This document shows, one piece after another, positions 12,664 to 25,729 of a stretch of 57,724 nucleotides of DNA. This stretch comes from Chiloscyllium plagiosum (lineage: Eukaryota): positions 104,308,080-104,365,803 of the forward strand of contig NC_057717.1 in NCBI RefSeq assembly GCF_004010195.1, read 5' to 3'. A program made the translations under genes and the position numbers. Under the pieces are notes generated by a model. It was not told the origin of the DNA. It ran no database searches and saw only the letters and a list, made by a program, of their open reading frames with translations. Every line of letters starts with the position of its first letter. Position 1 is the first letter of the stretch.

Positions 12664-14439
12664 ATGTATATACCTTCACAAAATCACACAAGGAAAGACC
12701 AGTTAGCAGCTACTAAAGCTGATTCACTATCTTCATGTATTTCACCCTTCAGTCAGTGTATTTGTATACTTGAGACTTGGATAAACCCTGCATTCACTTT
12801 TACAATAGAACTGTAACCAGGCTAAGTGTTGAACTTAAGCAAAAACACTTCGTGCTTCAGAAAAATTACTCATGCAAACATGAATTTGTTAACTTTACGA
12901 ACCAATGCAAGCTCTTCAAAAATGACTCCGTGCATGCAGGTGATGCTGTTGTAGCTGTATGATGATCTGCAGAGTTCCATTAAGGGTAGCATCAAAAGTA
13001 GGTCAAGTCTCAATTATGTTTGAGAAAATTTCACCAGTGACAAAAAAGGGGATCAGCTGTCAGATCTTTAACTTCAAAACCAAAAAGATCTGAAAAATCT
13101 CTCGAATGAAGTTTGAAGAGTTAACCTTGATACACTATATAGCAATGTCCAAAAAGCTGTATAGCTTCTCTACAGTTCTGGCACAATTTGACCATTTGAA
13201 ATATGGCCTGAAATTCAAAACTATACCTGAAGTATTAATGCAACCTAAAATAGTGCAATTTAAGTGTCACAGAAACTGTTCTTGATCCATTGCCTGATTG
13301 GTAAAAATCACAGCCAGTGTACATCAGTACCCCACAACATTGCTTTCATCCAGTGTTTGACTGGGTAATATCCATGTCCATAATCTTAAAAAGCAGAAAA
13401 ATCTCAACCAGCAAGTTAAACTGATTCAGTAAGCATGTTATCAGCACTAGAGGAAGATTTACCACTAAACCAGATGCAAAACAGATTTGGTAATGAAAAT
13501 CTATTAGGCTGTGCACACCAACAAGTCATTGTAACTTTTGGCCTTGCCAATTAGCCAGCTCTCGTTTCCTTGGAAAAAAGTTTAGTGGATATGCTTACAT
13601 ACGGTTTGTAAAAACCTGGGGAGGTAGTGTAGTGTGAGACACAGATGTAAATGGCTAATATGACAAAATGAACTGCTTCATTCATTTAACGCTTGGATTT
13701 CACTTACACTAATTTCCAATTCAAGGCAAATTACCAAAGTCTGAATCCTGACTGAACTTACTGTTCAACGTAGCTTTCAAATTTATTATGGAAATTACCC
13801 AAACCAATCAGGTGGTCATGGCAGTTTACTGGCATGATCATAAAGCTGAAGTAGTGTAGGCTAAAGCAAAGGCAGCAAAATGTATACAAATCAACTCCAT
13901 GCAAACAAGGCTGTATAAATTGGTTGCTTTAAAAGAAAAAAGTGTTCCCTGCATATTTGCATACTGCACATCTAAGGACACTTCAAAGTAACAGTTCACC
14001 TGCTGGATTCCTTGAAAAAAGGTGCAAAGTAATTGCACCAATGCAACATATGGAGACAAACAAACAAACAAACATTCTTCATTTGGAGACCTCAGGTCTG
14101 CATCATGGCTTCTATATGTTCCAGTTTGAGACAGGATAAAAGATTATCCACACTTCAGGTTTGCTCCAGAGGAAGTTGATATGATTCAGTTTGTTCCTCC
14201 CCTTTCAAAAAAGGAGGTTGGTTAGTAATAATTTCCTCTTGGAAAAAGATGCAATGACATGGAGGCAACTTGGGCAAAAAAACTCTGCATAGCCAAAAGC
14301 CCAAGACAACTTTTAAAAAATAAAATCTACATCTTCAACTGTCTAGCTATGTACACAATTAGATCCCCATCAAGACTGTACACCTTGTTTTAAAATCACC
14401 CATCAGAAAATATTTTTCTACAAACAATGGCCAAGTCAG

Positions 14440-15680
14440 GTTTTAAGTTTGCTCACTGATATGAAAGGTTTGTTTTCAGACAGATGTTATCACCATACTA
14501 GGTTATAGAATGAAGAGCTTATGCTCAAAGTGTCAATCCTCCTGGTCAGATGCTGTCTGACCAGCTGTGCTTTTCCAGCTCCATACTTTTTTGGTCCTGT
14601 TCTTCAAACTTCACTTTCTAGTTAATACCCACTACACATTGTACAAGACCTACAAAAACAATGGAACACCCATGGGACCACCAATATTGGGTTTTATTAG
14701 AAGTAATGCAGAGACTTGAACAGACCGCCTCCCAACAATTCAACCCAAACTCTGGATCCACTACATGGAAGATACCTTTGTTACCACAAAAAGGAACAAT
14801 GAGGAAACCTACATCAATATCCTAACATAAAAATTCAGAGGAGGAAAGAGGACAGACCTCTCTTCTTCTCTCTTCCCCCCCCCCCCCCAAATGTCACTAA
14901 CAGTTAATGAACAAACCAGCATCTACAGGAAAAATAGACTAGATACTCAACTACAGGAGCAATCATCCCAACACCTACAAAACAGAGCTGCAACAGGCCA
15001 TTTTGGTGAGCCACACTGTTGCACCCAGGAACTATAAACAGGAGGAGGAGATCTTTTCAGCATATTAAAGAATGGATACCGAATAAACAGTCTGCTAATT
15101 TCTCAACAAACCCAAAAAAGCAGACAAGTGCCCAGAAACCCTAGTCACTCCCCAAAGACATCTGAAATGACTTCTAGATTACTTTGTCCTCTTGGCATCA
15201 TGGTAGCCTACAACATAAACAGCTACTAATGAACCTAAAAAAAAAAAGACCCTATACAAAAATGACTTACAGAATACCATGCAAGGACTAACTGCATTGG
15301 ACAAACAGGCAGAAACCTAGCTACCAGGCTACATGAACACCAACTAGCCACCAAAAGACAGGACTCACTATCACTAGTTTCCTTACATACAGATGAAGGA
15401 AGGGCACCACTTGGACTAAGACAACACATCCATCCGAGGATAAGCTAAACAGACATGAAATGCCTAAAGGCCTGACATTCTAATCAGAACACCATCAGGA
15501 AATGTTAATTTGGATCCCACCTACCATCTGAGGAAAAAAATCCATTGTAACAACTAGAAAGCAGGACAGAACACTAGTGCTTCACCAGAGGCTCACTGAT
15601 GTTACTGAGCATGGTGACATGTCTAAGAACAAACCAACCAGCTCAGGTGAGCCAACTTAGAACCCGAGCTACAAATCTTC
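14440..15680 (+). mobile_element. decayed Penelope-like element (RT + GIY-YIG endonuclease), second family
   Basis: Frameshifted motifs NGTPMG, LWIHYMEDTFV (YxDD region) and YRIPCKD..IGQTGRNLATRLHEHQLA (GIY-YIG). 14440-14505 is an inverted copy of 15600-15665. Confidence 0.8.
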
Positions 15681-16139
15681 AAAAAAGCCAGAAATATTAA
15701 AATGAGTTGCACCCAACTCAGTTTCACAAGTAACCCATTCAAGTTGGAACAGATATCATTGGAGATTGCCATTGAAATCCAGGCAGCTTCGGAGCAGATA
15801 CAAAACATTCAAACTCAGGGAACAAGAGTTCTTGGCAGGTTGAATATCCAGCAGAAAGCCTTTATACTGTAAACAGCTCTAAACCTATTGAATGCATTAA
15901 ACAATTAAGAACAAACAAGACAGTAGTACTTAAAGGCTGGTTCCCATAAAAGCATTATTTGTCTTGGACCTGAAACCAAGTTTGAAAACATTGGGGAGGC
16001 CTTGGAGCATCACCATCATTCAGGTCCACACAAAGCCCAGAGCATGTGGCCTGTAGCCTGGACATTAAAAGTAGTGTTAACTTCAACTGACTTACTACCA
16101 GTACCCTTTGAGGTTTCAAATGTACAAGAAAAAAAAGCA

Positions 16140-16600
16140 TTAATGATGAGTCTCCAGCTCCACTACAGTCCATTCACCTTGGGAAGAGGAGATATCTTCA
16201 GGAGAAAAGCTGGTGACTGATGTGATGCTAGCTGTGGAGTCATCTAGTGGCGATATAAGATCTGTCCATTTGCTCAGCTCTGCCTGGTCCACTGTCACCT
16301 TGCTTTGTAATTTCATACAATCTCCAGAGAGCAGCAACGTCTGGTTAATCAGTTGCTGCACAACTTTCACCGGCTCAATCTGTAGTGTCAAAACCCTCTC
16401 ACTGGGCTCCTCAATGACTTCAGGACACGGCCAGTCTGCTGGCTTCAGAACTTCCTCTCTCTCAAGGTCATCTTCCAACCTGGTCTCTTCTGCTGTTTCC
16501 ACTTCATAGATGGTGGAAAGAATAGGAGGTAGCAGTGGGGATGTCCATGGTACACCAGCATGTGGCTGTAGAGGTGGTGTTGTTTGAACACTCAAGGGGC
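16140..16600 (-). CDS. PRR36: PRR36-like (DUF4596) terminal coding exon
   Basis: Encodes LSTIYEVE...VVQQLINQTLLL...[47 protein letters not shown], the DUF4596 C-terminus (recalled human PRR36: [37 protein letters not shown]). Acceptor ttgcAG at 16602-16601; an alternative in-frame acceptor gives start 16618. Confidence 0.85.
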
Positions 16601-17286
16601 CTGCAACAGTTGACAGCACTTGAAGATTGAGAAAATAGTTCAAGCAGCAAAAAATCCACTGTGCATGCAATTCTACAACTTAGAGGATGGAACAGTTTGT
16701 ACAGAGCAAAACATGAAAAAGGAGCACACTTTAAACAAGCTAGATGGTTAGCATCTCCTGTACAACACAAATGATCCTGTAGTTCAGGAATGGAGAGTCT
16801 AGGAATAAGTAACCATTTGATTGTGTTGAACATTCCAAAGACCAGCTACTCTAACAATACTTTGATTTCCTTTCCTAACTATCTACTTTCACCTTAAAGT
16901 CAAGGTCACAATTTCTAATTAGTCTTAAAATTTGGGATCACTTTCCTAACAAAAGAAAATCTGGACAATTGTGGATTGACCCACAATGGGAATGTTTCCA
17001 CATTCCCCCTGGTCATGGCCACGAAGTGAGATCCTGCAATCAGGTCACATGCCCAACTCTAAACTCCAGTGAAAACAAGTCAAAGCTGCCCAACCTATTT
17101 AGCAAAGAATGTACTCATTCCAGTCATCAGTCTAATAAATCCATTGTTGGATCAGAAGTGGGTTATGTCCTTCCAAACAAAAACTGCTGAATGTTTGAAG
17201 TGTGGTCTCACTAGCATTACTAAAGCATAACATCTTTGTGTTTAATTCCTCTTGTCATTAGAAGCATGCATTCATTGAATCCCCAA

Positions 17287-17465
17287 AGTGTGGAAACAAG
17301 CCATTGGCCCATTAAGTCCACACTGACCCTCAAACCCATTCCCCTACAATCTTACCTGACTAACGCACCCATCTTGCACACCACTGAACACTGGGTAGTT
17401 TAGCATGACCAATTCACCTAATCTGAACATAGAGGTGAAACCCACACAGACAGGGAGAACTTGCC
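17287..17465 (-). mobile_element. HE1-type SINE fragment
   Basis: gtgtggaaacaag...tttagcatgaccaattcacctaa...aaacccacacagac. Confidence 0.7.
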
Positions 17466-19023
17466 TCAGCACCAGTGACTGGAGTTTGCAATTGAGCCAT
17501 CTCCATTCCTCAGGCTCACAGAGTGGCTTCCAACTTTGACTTTGGCATAACACCTAGCCATCTCTACATATTGGCATTCTAAAGTCTCCTTTTGCAGATT
17601 TTTGCCTGCCAGACAGAACCACTCCACCTGCTAAGTCTTTGGCAACTTCCCTACATCCTTGAGAAATTTGCCTACATTAAGTCTCACTTGCAAATTTAGC
17701 TACCTTTGCTCTCAACTAATTGAGTTAGAGGAACAACAATCCAACATAAATAACCAAACATGAAATTCTAATTCAAGAGTACAGGTAATGCTTCAACCAA
17801 CCAGTCACTTACAATTTCCCATTGTTGCAGTTAATCTGCAACAAATTGGTGATGGAGACAACCACATTCGTTACAGATCAGAGGTACAAACTAGTTTCAC
17901 AGGACAAAACCTCAAATGGTCCTTAAGTTTACATTTCATTTGAGGTAGATACACACCAATATTTGATTGTAGCGCCAGAAAAAAAAGGAACCAAAATGAA
18001 AGAGACAAAAACAATTGCAAATTGAACAAAGTTGCTTGGTTTGGATGGCCAGAGATGAGCATGCCTACCATATTTGACTTCCTATAATATTTGGTTGAAT
18101 AATAGCATTTTTGCTCACTTGAAGTTTCCAATCTTGCAGTCATAAAATTGTTAAAAACATCACTGCTTCAGAAACAATTTATTTGGAAGGAATTCAAGTC
18201 AATACAGTGATATGACATTACTGTGACAGACATGTTAGACAAATCTATCCCAGATGAAGACATTCAACATTGAGTCTAGACTACTGTACCACAGTAACTT
18301 ACAACAGCAGAAATGCTTTGGCAGGTGCACTATTGCCCTCTTAACTGGAGAAGCTAAACACCCAATAAAGCCCTCAACTGGTCAATGGTGCAATCATAAT
18401 TCCCCTGCAGAGAGCAAGCTGTGACGAGTTCCAAATCAGGAATGCAGCATTGTAGACTGATTGAAAAGGAAACTTGATCACTCGTGGCTACATTTTCAGA
18501 ATTAAGATGGGAATGATTTAACATTGTCTGCACATCTAAAAAAGGCTGCTTTTACCCAAACTAGATTCTCAAAAATAATGAGCCAGATTGCAGTTCAACT
18601 CTAAAATTTATTAGAAGTGATGCATCTATGAACACATTGTTTCTCTGCCAATTGTGTCAGCTCATTACAGGTATGTGGGGGTGAGGTGTCAGAGACTACA
18701 TTGCGCCTTCTCAGCACCCAGAAAAGGAGCCAACAGTAATCTGAAGACAATTCTTCTGAAAATGGCCACATTTCACAGTGTTACACCAAGAAAAAAGTTT
18801 AACAGATTTCAAACTTCTTGGGATAAAAGGATTTAGTGGCACAATAGGATTGAGTAGGGTTAAACAAAACATTTACAGGCATGCAAAAAACCAAGCTCAG
18901 TGCAGTCAGTCCAAGTCATACGCTTCCTATGATATTAACATCTATTTCATAGAAACTTGACCCTCAAGTCTTGGTCACCTTACCTTGGAATACAATGGGG
19001 CTTAACCAAGTTCTATACATTAC

Positions 19024-21168
19024 CTGTCAATAGGCTATCATTCTTTTCACAAGGAGAACAGTACTGCTGATGCAGCATGTGATTGCCATTTGCATCAGTA
19101 GAAGAATTGGTCAGCTTCTGTACATTAGTCACACCCCCATCAAGGTGGTCTATTGGATATCTTGCAACCGGTTCCTCAACACCACAGGACTTGGGTTGAT
19201 CAGACTCCAAATCCATTTCTGCCAGGTCACCCTCTTTGAGGGGCAAGAAAGTCACTTTGGGAACAGCATCTCCCACATCCTGAGGAAGACTGTTCTGAAG
19301 AGAAAGGCTTACTTCAGTGCCACAAGCTTGATGTGGCATCTCAACAGAAAGGTCCTCTGAAGATCCAGCAGCCAACTGCATGCAGTTTTGTGAAGGAAGG
19401 GGACAAGGAGCCTCAGCTGTTGCAAGTTCTTCCCACTCATCCACAGCGTGAAGAGTCAAGTGTTTGACATTGGCCGATGCAGCAGCGTGGCACAGCAGTT
19501 CTGAATTAGAGTCCATTTTGGGTTTATCCTCAAATACTGGATTGTCAATTCCTTCCAATCCACATTGGCCAGACTCTACCACTCTTCCACAGTCAGCCTC
19601 TAAGTGGTCTTCATCCTCTGAAGACATCATGGGCTCTGTTGAGCGATCACCATGTAGATCATCTGCTGCAATTGTATCTGGCTCTTCAACCCTTTCCAAG
19701 TGAATCCCTAAATCCTGATCCAGATCAACTAGGCTCAGTGCAGTCAGAGGAATACAAAGGTCCCCTCCAGATTCTAGTTTCTCAGACTTGGACTCTACAC
19801 CGGAGCTGCTCTCATAGTCCTTCAGCTCTTCAGGAGTGCTGGTAGTACTACTACTTTTTCCTGCCAGGTCAGGGCCACTCAGTGTACTCGACTTGGAAAC
19901 ACCCGGGTCCTCACGAGAGTCTTCAGAGGAGATTCCTGGTTTCTGCTCTAATAGCAGGACAGAGCCATCCATCTTGCAGGATGTTGGTCTTGTCTCCAGG
20001 AGGTTTGGAGATTCAGAGACAAGGTTTTGGTCATCCTCACTTTGGAGTGAGTCAGGGCAAAACTCATTAGATTCTTCAGTATCAGCCTCTTCAGAATACT
20101 CATACAGGGCAGGGTTCACTTTCTCTACATCAGATGGATTACTGTTCATCTCAGGGGAACGGTCACGGAGACAGCATTCCACAGGCAGCCCTGTGAGTGC
20201 TATCAGATCCTGCAGCATTGGCACAGAGACAGCATGGTCATTGTTGATTGCAGATCCATCTTCCATTGGTGAACCATCCTCAACAGGATTGAGTGGCATC
20301 CCCTTCCCTGAAGGGGCCAAACTAGATTCAGGAAGTAGATCTCGTGCCTTCAATGTGTTCAAGTCAGTTTTCCCATCAAAATGATTTGTCTCACCATCAT
20401 TAATCTGTTCAGCTTCTGTTCTGCTGAAGTCCAGAGCACCAAGGTTTTGCACTTCATTTTTTGGATAGAAGTTTGAAACCGGTTCCATCATTCGGTCCAG
20501 ACTCAGACCACTCTCGTTTTCTTGATCCAAGTCAAGAATGTGTTGTGTTGACTCTTCCTGTTCACTTTTAGCAGCGGTGTTCTCTCCCAAAGATTTGGCC
20601 TCTACCTTTGCATCCTCCAGCTTCCCCTCTTCAGTTGGAATCAAGGTTTCCATTTCAGTGTTGCAAAGGAAAGGGGTGGACTGTACTCCAGGGGGAGATT
20701 TAAATTCCTCATTCTCTTGGTCCCTCTGAGGATTCACCACCACATCGTCACTGGGGAAGGCTACATTCGCTTCATTTGTTACCACACTCTCTACTTCAGC
20801 TGACTTCTTTGAAATAGCTCCTCCTTGCCCTCCAGCCCTCCCTCCCTCAACATGGTTTTCAGAAAGTGGTTGCCTGGCAGAGACTGGCAGAGTCTTGTTT
20901 GGCACAGATTGCTTCTCCACATTTCTCTTCAAAGCTTTAGTTGATGGTTTGGGAACACTTGCTCCAGATGTGGAGTTACCTGGCAGTGGTCTTGCTGTGG
21001 ATTTGGTCGACACTTTAGCTATCGGACCTTTGAGTCTTGCATGTAAATTCTTCCCCTCCACTTCTGAAGGTTTTGCTGATGTTGGTTTTGTTGACCTCAC
21101 TGAGTGGGTGACCTTTTTGAGTTCAGAACTGGAAGGAGTAACAGCCAGTGAAGTGCCTGACTTCACAT
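19024..21168 (-). CDS. PRR36: PRR36-like large coding exon (2145 nt)
   Basis: Lies in the 717-aa ORF; tttctcttccAG|AT GTG and ACA G|GTaatg, phase 1 to 1. Contains [26 protein letters not shown] (recalled PRR36 [26 protein letters not shown]). Confidence 0.88.
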
Positions 21169-21234
21169 CTGGAAGAGAAAAGAACAGTGAGTGAAGGGGA
21201 AAAGGTTACAGCTCCTTCCATCATTATCCAGGAG

Positions 21235-22250
21235 TCAGAGTCTTACAGCAGAGACAGGCCCATGACCCAAACTGGTCCATGCCAAATCAAAAATCAGTCC
21301 ATGCTAACCCATTTCCCTGGAATTGACCCACATCCTTACCTATGTACAGTATTTGTCCCAATGCCTTTTTATTGTTAGTGTACCCACCTCAACCACTTCT
21401 ATTGGCAGCTCATTCCATATGCTTAGCATGCTCTTAAAGTTACCCCTCCGGTTCCCTTTTATTCCTATCCCTCTAGCCTTAAACTGAGGCCCTCTGGTCC
21501 TTGATTCCACAACTCTGGTAAAAAGACAGTACACCCACCCTATCGCTACCTCAATCTTATGCAAGTCTATAAAGTCCCCCCTCAGTCTCCTACACAAAGA
21601 AAGTGTCCAAGCTTGTCCAGCCTCTCCCTATAACCCAGGCCATCGAGTCCAGGCAATATACTTGTCAATTTCCTGCACCATTGTTTTCAGTTTAACATCC
21701 TTCCTATAACAAGGTGACTAAAAACTGAACACAATACTCCAAGCATGGCCTCACCGATGTCCTGTATAACTGCAACACAACTTCCCAACTTCTATACTTA
21801 GTGCCCTTACTGATGATGGCCAGTGTGCCATAAGCTTTCTTCACTGCCCTGTCTACCTATGATTCCACTTTGAGAACAGTGAACCTGAACTCAAAGATCC
21901 CTTTGTTCCACTACACTCAAGGCCCTTTCACCATAAGCTTCTCTTGATTTGACTTTCCAAAATACAAGACCTCAAACTTATTGATATTAAACTGCATTTG
22001 CCATTTCTCAGCTCACTTCCCCACCTGATTGCTTTCTTCACTGTCTACAATACTATGTATTTTAGTGTCAAATATACTGATCATGCCTTGTATACTCCAA
22101 ATCATTGATAAAGATACCAAACAATGGGCCCAGCACTAACCCAAGGCTCTCCATTACTCTCAGGCCTCCAGTCCAACAAGCATCCTTCCACTATTACCCT
22201 CTGCTTCCTACCATCATGCCATTTGCCAGCTTGCCCTGGATTCCAGAGCA
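21235..22250 (-). mobile_element. CR1 LINE fragment
   Basis: RRLRGDFI..TRG..WNELP remnants and 3' UTR. Confidence 0.8.
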
Positions 22251-22547
22251 ATACAGTCATCTGTTAAAGTATCCTGGATTTCCACAACCCTTTCTATGAA
22301 ATGCTTGTACAAGCAACAAGTCTGAACAGCCCTGTTCTAACATGGAGATTCTCTCATTCAGCAGTTTCCAGAAGAGATTAGGTACAGAAATATCTTTTTT
22401 TAAAAACAAAAAGGGTGTCATCAATAACAGGAGGTTATTTGTTCACCAAGACCATGCTAGGTCCTTTGGAATAATCCAGTCAATTCTCTGACAAAGGTAA
22501 GAATGCCATATACCACTTGACCACCCTATTAATTCTCTGGCCAATTT

Positions 22548-23280
22548 CAGGGAGCTATGGTTAAACCCAAAGACCCTTCTGTATCTCAATGCTGTTCACA
22601 GTCCTGCCATTTAAAAGATGAATACCTGACCATTTAATCTCCCACTTAGCCAGATTAAACACCATCTTCCATTTCTCCACCCATATCCACAACTGCTATG
22701 TATCCTGCTGTGTCCTTTGACAAGCTTCCACACTACCCACAACTCCACTGATCTTTTGTATTTTCTGCAAAATATGCTATCCCACCCAGCTACTTTATCC
22801 AAGTCGTTTATATATTAAAAAAACAGGTCAGACCTCCATCCTTAAAGAAAACACCCATCACTACCATCAAGCAAGCCAATCACTGGATCCCATGCATCTT
22901 AGATCTTTTGGATGAACCTACCATGAGGGACTTGTTGAAAGCCTTACTAAAATCATGAAGACAGTATCCACTGCTCCACCTTCAATTAAAAAATCCATTC
23001 AAGTTAGTGAGATATGACCTTCGGGCACAACACCAAGCTGGCTTTTTCTAATTAGACCATGCTTTTCCTAATGTACAAATCCTATCCCTAGGGATTCTTT
23101 CCAATAGCTTCCCAACTACTGATGAGACTGTCTATAGCTTGCTGGATTTTCCCTACTTCCCTTCTTGAAGAGCAGAACAAGATTAGCGACTTGAAAGTCC
23201 TCTAGGATCTCTCCAGTGGTTAGCAAGAATACAAAGATCTTGGTCAAAGGCCCAAGAACCTCCGCTTGCCTCACCACATA
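22548..23280 (-). mobile_element. CR1 LINE RT fragment
   Basis: TGEILEDF..ANLVLLFKKGSRENPASYR and DFSKAF-like remnants. Confidence 0.75.
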
Positions 23281-24405
23281 CTGAATCAAAGTGTTTTGCT
23301 TCAAATCCGATAGCTTGACCAAATTGCAACTGTAACAATGCCAGGCACTCTTTCAAAGCAAGCAAACATTAGGTCTAGATGATCATTGTAATGTATGGAG
23401 GGGTTCTGGTCCAGTTCAAATTTCCCAGAAAACATTGGGACACAAGGCCTACATTCAGGATTAATGATCCTAGTCCAGTTGAGCTTGTATCCCAAAAATT
23501 GGTCCCAATACCCTGAGTAGAGTTAGTCCTTCTCCAAATGGCTCAACACATGGACCTTAACTGGCACTGCATTAACTAGCACTCTTGATAAACAGAAACA
23601 TGCTACACCTCAAATACTTCACTGTTTCAGCATGTCTGAGGAATCAGTAGAGGACATGAGTGAGAAGGCTTCTTTCAAGTTTAAGGTAAGTGGAGTACAG
23701 CAATATATCCCCTGCATTACTATTTATTTTCCACTGAAATTGGGGGGCTTCTGGATCAACTGTAATTTGATCTGATAACTGGCACCTAATGGGGTGAAGT
23801 CTAATAAAAATCTTTACTGTACTTAGTGCCATACACAAGCCCAAGACCACTCAGTCTCTATTCTAGAAACTGGCAGTCTAGCCTACACAACCTGAACTCA
23901 TTTAATCCCAGCACAGTATCACTCAGAACAATCTCAGCTGCATCCCATCCAAGTCTGTACACAACTGCACCATCACTGCAACCAACAAGGGGGAAAATTG
24001 GAAAAATTGTAGATCTACAGGAAAAACTTCTAGTCTCAGATAATCCCAACATTTAGACCACTCATTGATACATACAGGTGTACCTGGGCATTGCAAGGTA
24101 CAGGAAAACCTTCCAACGGTGGCTTGAGAAAAAAAATGCAGCATTTGCCAGTGTCAGAGAAAAAGGATGTTTGAGACATTGAGAAACTTTGTTCACCTCC
24201 CAAGGGAAAAGAAAACCAAATGGACTGAGGTAGAGTCTGATCAAATAAACTTTAAGGTGCCAAAGTTGCACAAACCATTCCCATGCAGTTTGCCACTTCA
24301 GTTTTGTAGTTCAAAGATTAACTGAGCCCACAAACACCAAGTATAGCTGCATTACTGAAACTAAAATCTTAATTTTTAAGCTGCTGAGTTCTTGCCCTTC
24401 CCCAC

Positions 24406-24596
24406 CTTTGTTTGAAGCAGTGATGGATTTTCCTGGTTGAGTTTTTGTTGGCAGGACACGCGATGGCGCAGGATGGGTTCGGTCATGAGGAACCTGAAGT
24501 AGTGGCCGCCTCAGTTTTCCTGCGTTGGCAGATCCTGGTGGTCTCCTCTGTGCTCCTGCACTCTGGGTCAAGTGGCTTGAAGGAGTAGCATCTGGT
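24406..24596 (-). CDS. PRR36: PRR36-like coding exon (191 nt)
   Basis: Polypyrimidine tract then aaAG|A CCA GAT...AAA G|GTgggg, phase 2 to 1. Basic Pro/Ser/Thr-rich peptide in frame with both neighbours. Confidence 0.75.
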
Positions 24597-25364
24597 CTTT
24601 TCAAAGAGAAAAAAGTGGAAATTGCCAGAGGAGAGTTATAAATCCCATGTACAGCCTACAACCAGACTTGGTGGAAAGGAAGGTAGACTGCAAAATGTTG
24701 TATTGTAGTGAAGCAGACAGTACCTATTGTAGGTTTAGATACTGTGGCTATTAATGCAAGAGATAGTGACAGCTACTCAAGTTAATGGCTGGTGGTACCG
24801 ATCTCACCATTGTTCCTGAGCAAGTGACATTTACCTTTATCTGTGGGATGCTCGGCAAGTTCAAGGCAGGAAGGAATTCTTAGTCAGATGGGAGAAAATA
24901 GAGTTACAAGGAAAGGCCAGGAAAGCAGATTGAAGAGCATCAGATTAGCCATGACCTATTGAATGGTGCAGACTCAGGGTCAAATAGCCTGCTCCTATGA
25001 TCTAACAGTGTAGTTGAGTGTTGGGGGAAGGGTGGAAGCAAAGCACAATCCAAATCTTTTCTGGCTCTTGTACATAGCTTCAGGCTGCTGGGTAGTTGTG
25101 TTGCCATTTCTCAGCATGCCAGCAGATGGCACTCAGGAACTGCTGTAGCAGTTACCCAGTGACAAACCAGAACTACAGACTCCAGACCCACATTGGATCC
25201 TAAATACACAGTAAGCAGTGTGCAATATACATGGTTGGCATTTCACACAGCTGAGTTTTAGTAATAAAGCAAAATATTGCAGATGCTGGAAATGAAGTGC
25301 AAATAGTCAGACATCCAAGTACCCCAATGGTGAAACTGGACAGCATTATAAATGGTAAAAAAAG

Positions 25365-25472
25365 TGTTGCTGGAAAAGCACAGGTCAGGCAGCATTTGAG
25401 GAATAAGGGCTCTGGCCTGAGAGATTCTCCTGCTCCTTGGATGCTGTCTGACCTGCTGTGCTTTTCCAGCAC
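25365..25472. mobile_element. fold-back short PLE-derived element
   Basis: tgctggaaaagcacaggtcaggcagcat ... atgctgtctgacctgctgtgcttttccagca inverted arms. Confidence 0.75.
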
Positions 25473-25729
25473 CCCACATTCTACTGATCTCCAGACCTTA
25501 TGGTCTCCTGGCATTATAAATGGTGTTGACCACAGCTAAAACATGATGTTAATGATCAGGTGAATGGGCAAAGCTGTAGCAGATGGACCTTAGACAAGTG
25601 TTCGATTATCAATTTTAGACAGAGGATAGGTCATGAATTTGTTTTAAAAAGACTGTTAAATACAGAGATTCCAATAAAATTAAGGTTCGTGTCCTTAGAT
25701 CTGTAAAAGGTGGCTTTGTTCATTTAATT

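Noticed and set aside
19070..21194. Several + strand ORFs (for example 19836-20384, 182 aa)
   Set aside because: Antisense shadows of the large PRR36-like exon with no independent support.
23858..24144. Minus-strand ORFs between PRR36 exons
   Set aside because: The flanking exons already join in phase, and these ORFs show no convincing splice signals or composition.
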